DNA of 64,000 nucleotides from Spirochaetia bacterium (GCA_965199955.1 CBDATQ010000002.1:224001-288000), one strand, 5' to 3'; positions 20,751 through 30,039 are shown, numbered from the stretch's first letter. Program-made: numbers and translations. Notes: generated by a model from the sequence alone, not told the origin.

Positions 20751-20782
20751 AGGAGAGCCGGCCCGGTCCGGCTCTCCTTTTT
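20751..20782 (+). terminator. Rho-independent terminator-like hairpin after the SBP remnant
   Basis: AGGAGAGCCGG-CCCGGT-CCGGCTCTCCT followed by TTTT. Confidence 0.75.
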
Positions 20783-20811
20783 GGTAGCGGCGGGGCATAC
20801 TGCCGAACGGG

Positions 20812-21265
20812 ATGACGGCGTTCCTGGTACGGCGGCTGGATCGCCAACTTCCTGCGCGGCGACATGGGCGAGTCGTTCGACTACGAGGGGCTGGAGGTGG
20901 TCGACCTGCTGAAGCGAACCGTACCCTACAGCATCCTCATCAGCGTCCTGTCCCTGATGTCCGGCGCCGGCCTGTGGCGCATCATCTTCCGCCACCTGAT
21001 TCCGGGTACGCTGAGCCACCTGATCGTGAGCGCTACCTTGGGCATTCCGGGCATGATCCTCGGCGAGAGCTCGCTGAGCTTTCTGGGGGTTGGCATCACC
21101 CCGCCGCTGACAAGCTGGGGACTGCTGCTGAGCGACGCGCAGAAGACGGAGGTACTGGTCAAACACCAATGGCTTATGATCTCCGGCCTGCTGATCACCG
21201 TGATCGTGCTGGCGTTCAACTTCTTCGGCGACGGCCTGCGCGACGCGGCCGATCCGTACGCATGA
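20812..21265 (+). pseudogene. Fused remnants of DppB- and DppC-like permeases
   Basis: DppB pieces MTAFLVRRL / LRGDMGESF / YSILISVLSL run into the DppC C-terminus GAGLWRIIFRHLIP..GESSLSFLG..GDGLRDAADPYA. Confidence 0.85.
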
Positions 21266-21269
21266 CGCC

Positions 21270-21890
21270 ATGCTGCTGTCCGCGTCCCGCCTGACCCTGC
21301 GCACCCGCTGGAGCCGCGGCTCCGACGGGGCGGAGTCGGAGGAGATGGTGCTGGGGATGTCGGTCGGCTACCGGGTGATGATGGCCGGGATCGGCGTGAT
21401 GCTGATCGTCGGCATGGTCGTGGCGACCGCCGACGGCGGGCGTCCGGTCACGCTGCCGGCGGACGCGGTACCGCTGGGGATCATCGCGCTGTGCCTGTTC
21501 GGGGCGGCGTACCGCGACTGCTGGATCTTCAAGCCGGCCGCCGGCACCTGCGAACGGCAGATCGGCCTGGCGTTCCTCTTCAAGCGCACCGGCATCGCGC
21601 TGTCGTCGATCCGGTGCGTCGAGGTCAGCGAGTATCTGCGGGGAGGCCCGGTCGACAGCGCGCCGCTGGACCCGTCGCGGTACGCTCCGAGCCGGCTGCC
21701 GCTCGGCCGCAGCAAGCCGCGCAGCTTCGTGACCCTGAGCCTGATCGACGCCGACGAGCGGACCATCCGGCTCGATCACTCGGGCGGCGCGACCGCCGAC
21801 CGCATGGTGACGGTGGGCCGGGAGCTGGCCGACTTCATCGGTGCGGAGCTGGTCGACCGCACCGCGGGCGCCGCGCCGCCGCGAGGGTGA
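21270..21890 (+). CDS. Hypothetical membrane protein (two predicted TM helices)
   Basis: Hydrophobic segments YRVMMAGIGVMLIVGMVVA and VPLGIIALCLFGAAY followed by a soluble domain. Confidence 0.65.
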   Translation: MLLSASRLTLRTRWSRGSDGAESEEMVLGMSVGYRVMMAGIGVMLIVGMVVATADGGRPVTLPADAVPLGIIALCLFGAAYRDCWIFKPAAGTCERQIGLAFLFKRTGIALSSIRCVEVSEYLRGGPVDSAPLDPSRYAPSRLPLGRSKPRSFVTLSLIDADERTIRLDHSGGATADRMVTVGRELADFIGAELVDRTAGAAPPRG

Positions 21891-22296
21891 GGCGCCGCGC
21901 CGACCTGACGCCGGCCGGGGCGGCCGTGCTGGTGACGGCGCTGTGCCTGGCAGCCGCCGGAAGTGCCGCGGGCGACGGACCCGCCGCGGTGGTGTTCGAG
22001 AACCGGCTGTGCGGCGGCGCCGGCCTGCAGGTGGCGCTGCGCCTGCCAGGATCGGGCAACCGCCACGCCCTCGGGGCGCGCGTGTCGCTGGTCACCTCGG
22101 CGGGACCTACGTACGGCAGATGCGGAGCACCGCCGGCTACCTGTCGGGCGAGCCGCCACGCCTCCACTTCGGCCTGCCGGCCGGCGCCCGCATCGATGCG
22201 CTGTCCATCGTCTGGCCTGACGGCCGTACCTCGCATGTACTGGGGGGCACCCGGCTCGCACCCGGCCGCATCGTGATCATCGAACGCCCGTCCTGA
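21887..22296 (+). pseudogene. Remnant of a CRTAC1 / ASPIC-UnbV family secreted protein
   Basis: Signal-like AAVLVTALCLAAAGSAAG joined to VFEN..GNRHALGARV, then a frameshift to GYLSGEPPRLHFGL..IVWPDG (ASPIC/UnbV domain); FG-GAP repeats absent. Confidence 0.75.
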
Positions 22297-22318
22297 CGGG
22301 ACGGACTCGTCACCGTGG

Positions 22319-22920
22319 CTACGCGCCCGTGCGGCTCACTCGGGCCAGGAAGTCGGCAGTCGTGGCGCAGTCCACGATCCACTCGCCCGCTTCGGCGAGG
22401 CGATCCGCGTCGGTGACGCCGGCCAGCACCGTCGACAGCCGCTCCGCCGCCGCCGGACCGAACCGGTGCTCCGCCAAACGGTGCAGCAGCGCCCTCTGCC
22501 GTTCGATGCCCTGCTCGATTCCTTGTTCGAGTCCTTGTTCGATACCCCGTTCCAGGATTTCCGCTTCCCAGCGATCGATCTTCTCCAACAACACGGCGCT
22601 TACCTCCTCGTACTCACGGATCGACGGCAACTCCACGCCCCACTTCCGGCCCAAGACGCCCAGCCACAGGTCGAAGCTCCTCGTCAGACCCGGTTCGCCC
22701 GCTTCCGCAAGCCATTCCCCCAGCTCCCGCACCCGCTTGGGCAACGCGCCCGTCTGCGCGCCCTGCTCCACCTCCGCGACCCATCGCAGCAGGTTCGCTC
22801 GCGGCAGATCATCCGCCTTCACCGCCACGAGATCAACCACGTCGTAGCTCACGGCGAGCTGCGCGGACCGTCGTGCTCCGTGCGCTCCACCAGCCCGGCG
22901 AGCGTCAGCGGCGCTTCAGG
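22319..22920 (-). pseudogene. C-terminal remnant of an Rpn/YhgA-like recombination-promoting nuclease / putative transposase
   Basis: APLTLAGLV (frameshift) LAVSYDVVDL; ERGIEQGLEQGIEQGIERQRALL..RFG..RLAEAGEWIVDC..FLARV; nuclease N-terminus absent. Confidence 0.75.
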
Positions 22921-22993
22921 GACGGCTCGAGAAAGGGCAAAGGTGCCCTGCTGGCGACACCGCGGCTAGCTCCGTCGAGTAGAGTGCGAAGAG

Positions 22994-24748
22994 ATGAAAC
23001 GACCAAGCGTCGTCTTCGTGCTGACCGACGACCAGGGCTACGGCGACCTGGGGTGCCACGGGAACGACGTGATCCGCACCCCCAACGTCGACCGCCACCA
23101 CGCGAACGCGGTCCGGTTCACGGACTTCCACGTCGGCACCACCTGTGCGCCGACCCGGGCGGGTCTCCTCACCGGCCACGACTGCAACAGCGCCGGCGTC
23201 TGGCACACCATCGGCGGCCGCTCGCTGCTGCGCGAGGACGAGTGGACACTGGCCGACGCCCTGCGCGAAGCCGGCTACCGCACCGGGCACTTCGGCAAGT
23301 GGCACCTGGGCGACAGCCCGCCGTTCCGGCCGCACGAGCGCGGCTTCGAGCGGTCGGTCTACCACGCGGGCGGCGGCATCGGGAACACCGGCGATCCGTG
23401 GGGGAACGACTACTTCGACGACATCTACTACGTGAACGGCCGGCCGGAGCGCTTCGCCGGCTACTGCACCGACGTGTTCTTCCGCGAGGGGCTCCGTTTC
23501 ATAGAGGAGCACCGCGACGAGCCGTTCTTCTGCTACATCGCCACCAACGCCCCGCACACCCCGCTCAACGTGGAACCCCGCTACGTCGAGAGATACCGCG
23601 GCGCCGTTCCGCACGAAGACCGGGCGCGGTTCTACGGCATGATCACCAACATCGACGAGAACTTCGGGACGCTGACGAGCACTTTGGAGACGCTCGGACT
23701 GGCCGAGGACACCATCGTCGTGTTCATGACCGACAACGGCACCGCCGGCGGCGTGGACCTCGACGCGGACGAGCACCCGCGCGAGGCGCCGGGCAGCTTC
23801 AACGCCGGCATGCGCGGCCGGAAGGGCTCGCCCTACGAGGGCGGCCACCGCGTGCCGTTCCTGCTGCGCTACCCCGCGGGGGGCGCGGCCGGCGGACGCG
23901 ACGTCCACACGCTCACCAGCTACGTCGACTTCATGCCGACGATCCTCGACCTGTGTGGCCTGGACGTGCCGGCCGGCCGCTCCTTCCACGGCCGCAGCCT
24001 CGTCCCCCTGATCCGCGGCGAGGCGGACCCCGCATGGGCGGAGCGCATCGTGGTGAGCGACACCCAGCGGATCGCCCGCCCCATGAAGTGGCGGAAGAGC
24101 GCGGTGATGCGCGGCCGGTGGCGGCTGGTGAACGGCACCGAGCTGTACGACCTGGAGCGCGGTCCCGGCCAGCGCAGCGACGTCGCCGCACACAACCCCA
24201 CGCTGGTGGCCGAGCTGCGCGCCGGCTACGACCGCTGGTGGGAGCGGGTCTCCGGGCAGTTCGACTGCGACGCCGCCATCGCCGTCGGCGCCGACGCGGA
24301 GCCGGTGCGGCTCACCACCCATGACCTGCGCAACGAGGCGTGCCACACCGCGTGGAACCAGCGCCAAGTGCGCGCGGGACTGGCCGTCAGCGGCTCCTGG
24401 GCCATCGACGTCCGCCGCGCGGGCCGCTACCGGGTGGAGCTGCGGCGCTGGCCGGAAGAGGCCGGCCACGCGCTGGACGCCGGCATCGACGGCGACGACG
24501 TGGAGTGGCGCAGGGACGCGATCCGCCAGGACGACGCACCGCATTACACTGGAGGCTTCGCCCTGGACATCGGCTGGGCGCAACTCACCGTGGGCGGCAG
24601 GTGTCGCCAGGTCGAGACCGCTGCCGGCGACTCGCTGGCGGCCTTCGAGGTGGACCTGGATGCCGGCCAGGACGAGCTGTACGCATCGTTTCACGACCGC
24701 CAGGAGCGCACGATCGCCCCTTACTACGTGACGATCCGTCCGGCCTGA
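22994..24748 (+). CDS. Arylsulfatase (Cys-type)
   Basis: LTDDQGYGDLG, CAPTRAGLLTG, GKWHLGD, MTDNG, KGSPYEGGHRVP. Confidence 0.95.
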   Translation: MKRPSVVFVLTDDQGYGDLGCHGNDVIRTPNVDRHHANAVRFTDFHVGTTCAPTRAGLLTGHDCNSAGVWHTIGGRSLLREDEWTLADALREAGYRTGHFGKWHLGDSPPFRPHERGFERSVYHAGGGIGNTGDPWGNDYFDDIYYVNGRPERFAGYCTDVFFREGLRFIEEHRDEPFFCYIATNAPHTPLNVEPRYVERYRGAVPHEDRARFYGMITNIDENFGTLTSTLETLGLAEDTIVVFMTDNGTAGGVDLDADEHPREAPGSFNAGMRGRKGSPYEGGHRVPFLLRYPAGGAAGGRDVHTLTSYVDFMPTILDLCGLDVPAGRSFHGRSLVPLIRGEADPAWAERIVVSDTQRIARPMKWRKSAVMRGRWRLVNGTELYDLERGPGQRSDVAAHNPTLVAELRAGYDRWWERVSGQFDCDAAIAVGADAEPVRLTTHDLRNEACHTAWNQRQVRAGLAVSGSWAIDVRRAGRYRVELRRWPEEAGHALDAGIDGDDVEWRRDAIRQDDAPHYTGGFALDIGWAQLTVGGRCRQVETAAGDSLAAFEVDLDAGQDELYASFHDRQERTIAPYYVTIRPA

Positions 24749-24756
24749 CGCCCGCA

Positions 24757-24873
24757 ATGCTTGACACCGAATCCGGGATCACCGACACGGAGTGGCACCA
24801 CGTGGCGTGGCAGTACGGCTACGCCGAGGACGTGCACGAGCTGTTCCTGGACGGCACGTCGATCTGGCGATGA
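24757..24873 (+). pseudogene. Short LamG/concanavalin-like domain fragment
   Basis: ITDTEWHHVAWQY..HELFLDG matches the LamG DGxWHHVA..LYxDG pattern; only 38 aa. Confidence 0.5.
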
Positions 24874-26342
24874 GATCCGCATTTCCGGTGTGCGGCGGTA
24901 TTGAGCAGGCGTCCTAACCGTGATAGCAGGGCCGCCACGGTGAGCTCACCTCGCCGGATTGCGCTCTCGTGTGCGGTCTCTTTCCGGGAGTCCCGGGCGC
25001 CGAGGTCGGCGCCGGCCTTCAGGAGCGCGTCCATCACCGGTTCGAGGTCGTCGATGTCGTCGCGGAGGTGATGGAGGGGCGAGCCCCCGCCCGGCGTGAC
25101 GCTGGTCGCAAAGTCCGGATGCTCCGACAGGTAGCGGCGCAACGCCGCGGCCCTGCCGAAGGAGACCAGGTCGAGGCCGTCGGTGCAGTGGTCGAGCAGG
25201 TAGTCCCGCATGGCGACGTGGCCGGCGTGGTCGGCCCATCCTGCCGGCGACGATCCGTGATCGGCGTCGCGCAGCGGCCGCGCCCCGTGTGCGACCAGGA
25301 CCTCGGCGACCTCCCGCCGATCGTTCCACCCGGCGTGGTGCAGCGCGGTCGTGCCGTCCTTCGCGGTGGCGTTCGGATCCGCGCCCAGGTTCAGCAGGCA
25401 CCGCACCGCGTCCACGTTGCCCAGCGAGGCGGCCGTGTGCAGCGACTCGGGACCGCTCAGGCTCTGCGGCGCAGCGTCGAGAGCGGCGCGCGCGGCAGCC
25501 TCGTCGCCGCTCATGCAGGCGGCCCGAAAGCGGTCTTCCGGGCTCAGCTCCGTCGGCGTGGCGCCGGCGCGCCGCAGCAACGCGGCGACGTCCCCGAAGC
25601 CGTGCAACAGCGCGTTCTCGTAATGGGTCCGGCCGTTGTAGTAGCTGCTGCCGCGCGGATCGGCGCCGTGCCGGAGCAACAGCTCGACACGGTCGGCAAA
25701 GCCCTTGGTCGCCGCGTGACCGAGGAGGAAGTCGAGGGTTCCGGCCTTGTTCCTGGTCTTCCAGTTGATCCTGTCCGCGGCGGTGAGCCCGCGGTCCAGG
25801 AGCAGGCGCAGCCAGCGGTCGTCGGGCCGGAACATCGTGTTGTAGAGCCCCTGGGCGTCGTTGGGGTCCGCGCCGGCGTCCAGCAGCAGCTCGGCCAGTG
25901 CCCGGGCATGCGGATGCGGCGGCTGGCTGGCGACGCCGCCTTCGCCTTCGCCCATCGCGCCGGTAAGGGCCGTGAACCGGTACGTCCGCCCCCACATGAA
26001 GTGGGAGTTGGGGTCGGCACCGTGCTCGATCAGCAGCCGGGCGGCGCCGATGGCGTCCGCTCCGGCGAGCTGCTCGGTCACGCGCGAGTAGCAGAGGTAG
26101 AGCAGCGGCGGCCACCTGCGCGGCCCGCCGGCTGCGGATGCGCGGCTGGCGTCGTCGCTCAGGAGCCGTCCCAACGTCGTAGCGTTCGCCGTCGCGGCCG
26201 CGGTGTGGGCATCGACCGCCGCCAGCGACGGCCGGTCGGCCAGCATTCGCCTGGCGCGATCGACCCTGTCCGTCGAGTCGTTGCCGTAGGTCAGGCATGC
26301 CAGATCCAGGAACCGCGCCGCCTCGCCCTGATTCGATTTCAT
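24819..26342 (-). CDS. Ankyrin repeat protein
   Basis: Repeated LLIEHGADPN, LLLDAGADPN, LLRHGADP, SLHTAASLGNVDAVRCLLNLGADPN, TALHHAGWN; the last 25-30 codons may be read-through into foreign sequence. Confidence 0.88.
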   Translation of the reverse strand: MKSNQGEAARFLDLACLTYGNDSTDRVDRARRMLADRPSLAAVDAHTAAATANATTLGRLLSDDASRASAAGGPRRWPPLLYLCYSRVTEQLAGADAIGAARLLIEHGADPNSHFMWGRTYRFTALTGAMGEGEGGVASQPPHPHARALAELLLDAGADPNDAQGLYNTMFRPDDRWLRLLLDRGLTAADRINWKTRNKAGTLDFLLGHAATKGFADRVELLLRHGADPRGSSYYNGRTHYENALLHGFGDVAALLRRAGATPTELSPEDRFRAACMSGDEAAARAALDAAPQSLSGPESLHTAASLGNVDAVRCLLNLGADPNATAKDGTTALHHAGWNDRREVAEVLVAHGARPLRDADHGSSPAGWADHAGHVAMRDYLLDHCTDGLDLVSFGRAAALRRYLSEHPDFATSVTPGGGSPLHHLRDDIDDLEPVMDALLKAGADLGARDSRKETAHESAIRRGELTVAALLSRLGRLLNTAAHRKCGSHRQIDVPSRNSSCTSSA

Positions 26343-26413
26343 GGTGCGTCCTCGCGAAAGTTACTCCGGCTTTGCGGCGTTGACGCCTGAGGAGTGGAGC
26401 TCATGATGCCTGG

Positions 26414-26680
26414 ATGAGAACCACCTTGACGCTTGACTCCTATGTTGCCCGGTTGCTCACGGAAGAGGCGCACCGGCAGCGAAAGCCGTTCAAGCAGGTC
26501 GTCAACGAAGCAATTCGCAAGGGTCTGGCGCCTTCGACCGCGGCGGCACGTCAGGGGGTATTCCGCGTCCGGCCTCACAGCACGACTCTCCGGCCCGGCA
26601 TCGACGTCGCATCGTTCAACAAGTTGGTCGACGAACTGGAGGATGATGCCGTGATCGAGAAGCTGCGGGCAACGCGGTGA
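26414..26680 (+). CDS. VapB-like (ribbon-helix-helix) antitoxin
   Basis: MRTTLTLD..FKQVVNEAIRKGL..NKLVDELED; GTGA overlap with a PIN toxin remnant; TTGACG-16-CATGAT promoter 6 nt before ATG. Confidence 0.85.
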   Translation: MRTTLTLDSYVARLLTEEAHRQRKPFKQVVNEAIRKGLAPSTAAARQGVFRVRPHSTTLRPGIDVASFNKLVDELEDDAVIEKLRATR

Positions 26681-26841
26681 TCGTTCCCGACGTCAACCTC
26701 ACGACGGATGTTCAGATCGCCGCCCACGCGGCGGAGTACGGCGGCGAAGTCTATTCCAACGATGCGGACTTCAGTCGCTTCGCAGGTGTCCGCTGGGTGA
26801 ATCCGCTCACTGCAGAATCGACAGCACCTCCGCGACGGTAA
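26677..26841 (+). pseudogene. vapC: VapC (PIN) toxin with large in-frame internal deletion
   Basis: VIVPDVNL joined directly to TTDVQIAAHAAEYGGEVYSNDADFSRFAGVRWVNPL; 54 aa versus about 140 expected. Confidence 0.85.
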
Positions 26842-26860
26842 GGAACCGGGGAGGCTCCAC
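26807..26860 (-). pseudogene. N-terminal stub of a Doc/Fic toxin
   Basis: GTG start 1 nt after the preceding stop: VEPPRFLTVAEVLSILQ*, matching the Doc N-terminal FLTxxEVxxIH pattern. Confidence 0.55.
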
Positions 26861-26861
26861 C

Positions 26862-28427
26862 TCATTCGGCAAGCCGCTTCTGCGTTGGTGCGAACTTCTC
26901 GTTGCTGCGGTCCAGGGACGCGCGGAACTCTCTCTCGGAATGCGAGTCCGCCGGCGAGATCACGATGCTCCGCGCATCGGTCGTTATCTCGGGCAGTCCT
27001 TCTTCCCCCAGGCGAACGAGGGTCTCGTCCGTGAGGTCCAGGCCGTGTCCGAACGGGGCGGCGAGGACGCTCCGCGTGGACAGGCTACCCGCGGCGATCT
27101 GCAGTGACGCGTATCCCTCCGGCCGCATGGCATAGAGGTCCGGATGCGCCCGGCACACCGTGGCCTGCAGTGCTTCCGGGAACATGCCGAGCCCTGCCAG
27201 GTAGTGGTGGCCGTTGCGCTCCACGTCACCGATGCCCAGGACGGCCATCGCGGCAAGGTCGTTGAGCAGCGCCACCGGCCCGACGTTGGCGAGGTCCTCG
27301 CCACTCATGACCCACGGCCCGGCCTCGGGGCGGTTGCGCCGGTGCCACTCGATCAGGCAGCGGTTCGCCAGGCCCTTGATCACGCCCTTGCAGTTCTTGT
27401 GGCTCGTCCCCCGGTACCCCAGCTCCAGCGCCCGGCGCAGCGAATCGAGCTGGCCGTCCGACTCGTCGATGATCATCGGCGGCGCCTCCGGCCAGGGCGC
27501 CAGCGCCTCGCCGACATCGCCGCTCAGCGCCACGTCGCGGTGCAGCGGCTGCTCCACGAACAGGAGCCGGTCGCCGTCGAACAGCGACCGCAGCGCCGGC
27601 TCGTCCCGGTACGCCTTCCAGTGATCGCGGAAGGTCGCGACGTCTCCGTACTGTTCGTTGCCGTCCAGGGAAAAGCGGAAGCCGGGCGAGGCGGCTTCCA
27701 GCACCTCGGCCACCGCGTGCAGCCGCGCAACGTCGGTCTCCAGCCGTCCGGAGACCTTGATCTTGAAGTGCGTCAGCCCGTACGCGGCCGCGGCGTCGGC
27801 CAGGGCATGGGGCAGCCCGTCGGCGACCCGATCCTCGCCTGCGATCTCGTCCCGGAGCAGGGGATCTCCCAGGCCGACGGTGTGACGGGCGACGATCGAC
27901 GGGAGCGGCGGGGGCAGCCAGTCAGCGGGTCGGCTCCCGGCCAGCTCCGGATGGAGCGCGCCGAGATCGACGCTAAGCAGGTTGTCGTGCACCGCGCGCA
28001 CGAAGGTGGTCCCGCTCCCGCGGCAGAACGCATCGATCGCCGCCCGCTCCACTAGGCCGGTCCCCAGGTGGGCCAGCAACGGGGGAATCTCCTGCCTGCC
28101 GGCCCAAGCCTCCTGCTTCGAGTGCAGTCGCTGCCAGAGTGCGAACACCGAATCGTGGGTGCAACCGGTGACCAATTCGGCGGCGTGCCGGATGACTCGT
28201 ACCATCGCCGGCAGATCCGCCTCGAAACTCGTGTCCGGGTCCTTGGTGAACCACTTCGGCGGCAGTCCTTCGGAGGCGAGACCGGCACATGCGGTTCCGT
28301 CCACCGAGCCGCGCAGGAGCACGAACACGTGCGGCACCTCGGTCATGGAAGCGATCCCGTACCGGAACGGAAAGCGGGTCCGCATCCATCGCGTGCGAAA
28401 GGAAACCGAATCGATATTCAACGACAT
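26862..28427 (-). CDS. Enolase-superfamily protein whose C-terminus is fused to an AbrB/MazE antitoxin remnant
   Basis: PFRYGI, FKIKVSG (KxK), DGNEQY, FVEQP, IIDES; tail EITTDARSIVISP..FRASLDRSNEKFAPTQKRLAE. Confidence 0.75.
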   Translation of the reverse strand: MSLNIDSVSFRTRWMRTRFPFRYGIASMTEVPHVFVLLRGSVDGTACAGLASEGLPPKWFTKDPDTSFEADLPAMVRVIRHAAELVTGCTHDSVFALWQRLHSKQEAWAGRQEIPPLLAHLGTGLVERAAIDAFCRGSGTTFVRAVHDNLLSVDLGALHPELAGSRPADWLPPPLPSIVARHTVGLGDPLLRDEIAGEDRVADGLPHALADAAAAYGLTHFKIKVSGRLETDVARLHAVAEVLEAASPGFRFSLDGNEQYGDVATFRDHWKAYRDEPALRSLFDGDRLLFVEQPLHRDVALSGDVGEALAPWPEAPPMIIDESDGQLDSLRRALELGYRGTSHKNCKGVIKGLANRCLIEWHRRNRPEAGPWVMSGEDLANVGPVALLNDLAAMAVLGIGDVERNGHHYLAGLGMFPEALQATVCRAHPDLYAMRPEGYASLQIAAGSLSTRSVLAAPFGHGLDLTDETLVRLGEEGLPEITTDARSIVISPADSHSEREFRASLDRSNEKFAPTQKRLAE

Positions 28428-28469
28428 GCGCAGTGCCGGCCGAGCGTTACGAGGGACATCGCGCGGCTC

Positions 28470-28817
28470 TCAAAGAGCGAGGTGCAGACGAAGCGCATCA
28501 TCGACCTTGCTCATCAGGTCGGGCGGGACACGGCCCACGTGCTCGTCGATGCGTTCGACGGCCACGGCCCGAACCTGCTCCGCCTGCGCCTTGGAGTCGA
28601 CCGTGAGCTGGCAGGCGCGGGCGGGGAGCGCCACCTGGAAGGGGAAGATCCGCTCGACATTGCCGGTGACCGGTACCACGGTCACGACACCGCGACGCAG
28701 TCGTGTCGCGGTCATGTTGGCGCCGTCGTTGCTCACGATGACGGCGGGCCTGCGGTACGCCGCCTCCGAGCCCATGGGAACGCTGAAGTCGACGATCCGG
28801 ACGTCTCCGCGACGCAT
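28470..28817 (-). CDS. mazF: MazF/PemK endoribonuclease toxin (resembles M. tuberculosis MazF9)
   Basis: MRRGDVRIVDF..GSEA..RRPAVIVSND..VVTVVPVT..FPFQV..SKAQAEQVR..DDALRLHL. Confidence 0.92.
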   Translation of the reverse strand: MRRGDVRIVDFSVPMGSEAAYRRPAVIVSNDGANMTATRLRRGVVTVVPVTGNVERIFPFQVALPARACQLTVDSKAQAEQVRAVAVERIDEHVGRVPPDLMSKVDDALRLHLAL

Positions 28818-28831
28818 GGCGGCAACCCCGA

Positions 28832-29053
28832 TCAGGTGATCAGACCGTCTTGGGTCGCCTGTTCCCACGTGGCCCTGTCGCCGCCGGCGTCCCACTCCGT
28901 CCACGCCGCCGCGTAGTCATCGGCCAGGTCCACCGCGCGCAGCAGGTCGATTGCCCGCTTCACCGCGGCCGACCTGGACTTGACGCCCCGCTCGCGAACG
29001 TACTCGTCGAGGAGCGCCACATCGCGTTCCGGCAGGCTGATGCTCACCTTCAT
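28832..29053 (-). CDS. RHH antitoxin (MazE9-like)
   Basis: MKVSISL..DVALLDEYV..SRSA..AI..L.DDYAAAW.EW..WEQ..DGL; directly upstream of mazF. Confidence 0.9.
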   Translation of the reverse strand: MKVSISLPERDVALLDEYVRERGVKSRSAAVKRAIDLLRAVDLADDYAAAWTEWDAGGDRATWEQATQDGLIT

Positions 29054-29072
29054 ACCAATATGCTACCAATAT
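29053..29072 (-). promoter_or_regulatory. Leaderless promoter and probable autoregulatory operator
   Basis: TAGCAT -10 box 6 nt before ATG; direct repeat TACCAATAT at 29053-29061 and 29064-29072. Confidence 0.55.
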
Positions 29073-29157
29073 TGCCACCCTTCGTCAAACTGGTGCCGGA
29101 GCTGATGCGCAAGCCTGTTCCAGGTGTCGGAAGGCACGTGGCAGTATGTGGGGCGAC

Positions 29158-30039
29158 ATGGCACGCACTACGCCTGAGCAGGTCCGTTCGTTCCAGGAGA
29201 CGGGGTACCTGCTCGTGCCCGGCGTCCTGTCCGACGCCGAAACGCAGCCGGTGATCGACGAGCTGGAGGCGTTCATCGACCGGCGGGCGGGCGAGCTGTA
29301 TGACGAGGGCAAGCTCACCGACCGGTGCGAGGGCGCGCCGTTCGACACCCGCTACGGCCTGTTGCTCAGGCAGACCGGCGAGATCGGCGACGGCATGGAC
29401 ATCATGCAGATGCGGACCCCGGCGATGTTCGCGTTCCTGTCCAACGAGCGCCTGCTGGACCTGGTCGAGCCGCTGGTCGGCTCCGAGATCACCTGCAACC
29501 CCATCCAGCACGTGCGCGCCAAGCCGCCGTCCGATTTCGGAGACAGCAGTTGGTCCCACGGCGTGCCGTGGCATCAGGACGCCGGGGTCATGATGAAGGA
29601 GGCGGAAGGCTCCAACGTGGTCACCTGCTGGCTGCCGCTCGGCGACAGCACCGTGGAGATGGGCTGTTTGCAGGTCCTCCCCGGAGTGTCGAAGCTGGGC
29701 TACCTGCGCCATCAGAAAGAGGGCGGCACAATGATCGTCCCCGACCTGATGCCGGAGGCGGAGCCGGTGCTGCTGGAGTGCGTGCGGGGCGACGTGATCC
29801 TGCTCACGCGCTTCACGCCGCATTGCTCGGTGCCGAACGTCTCCGACCGGTGCCGGTGGTCGCTCGACCTGCGCTACCAGCCGACCGGGCAGCACACCGG
29901 CCGCCCGGCGCACCCGGACTTCGTCGTCCGCAGCCGCACGGACCCGTCCAGCGTCATGGCCAGCTACGACACCTGGAGCCGGCTCTGGGCCGACGCGCTG
30001 GAGAACCCCCGCAAAGGGCAGGGCCACCGCACCGACTGA
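29158..30039 (+). CDS. PhyH family dioxygenase
   Basis: FQETGYLLVPGVL, PWHQD, GCLQVLPG, GDVILL..TPHCS.PN.S..RWSLDLRY. Confidence 0.92.
   Translation: MARTTPEQVRSFQETGYLLVPGVLSDAETQPVIDELEAFIDRRAGELYDEGKLTDRCEGAPFDTRYGLLLRQTGEIGDGMDIMQMRTPAMFAFLSNERLLDLVEPLVGSEITCNPIQHVRAKPPSDFGDSSWSHGVPWHQDAGVMMKEAEGSNVVTCWLPLGDSTVEMGCLQVLPGVSKLGYLRHQKEGGTMIVPDLMPEAEPVLLECVRGDVILLTRFTPHCSVPNVSDRCRWSLDLRYQPTGQHTGRPAHPDFVVRSRTDPSSVMASYDTWSRLWADALENPRKGQGHRTD

Noticed and set aside
22505..22553. 12-bp tandem repeats as a possible CRISPR or VNTR
   Set aside because: They encode the GIEQ/GLEQ repeats normal for Rpn/YhgA C-termini; there are no spacers.
22916..24757. Long antisense and alternative-frame ORFs across the window
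   Set aside because: Shadow ORFs of real genes, Arg/Pro/Gly-rich or mirror-frame, with no recognisable motifs.
28824..28845. CTGATC duplication near the antitoxin stop as an inactivating lesion
   Set aside because: The antitoxin is near full length and the toxin has its own ATG; no evidence of damage.
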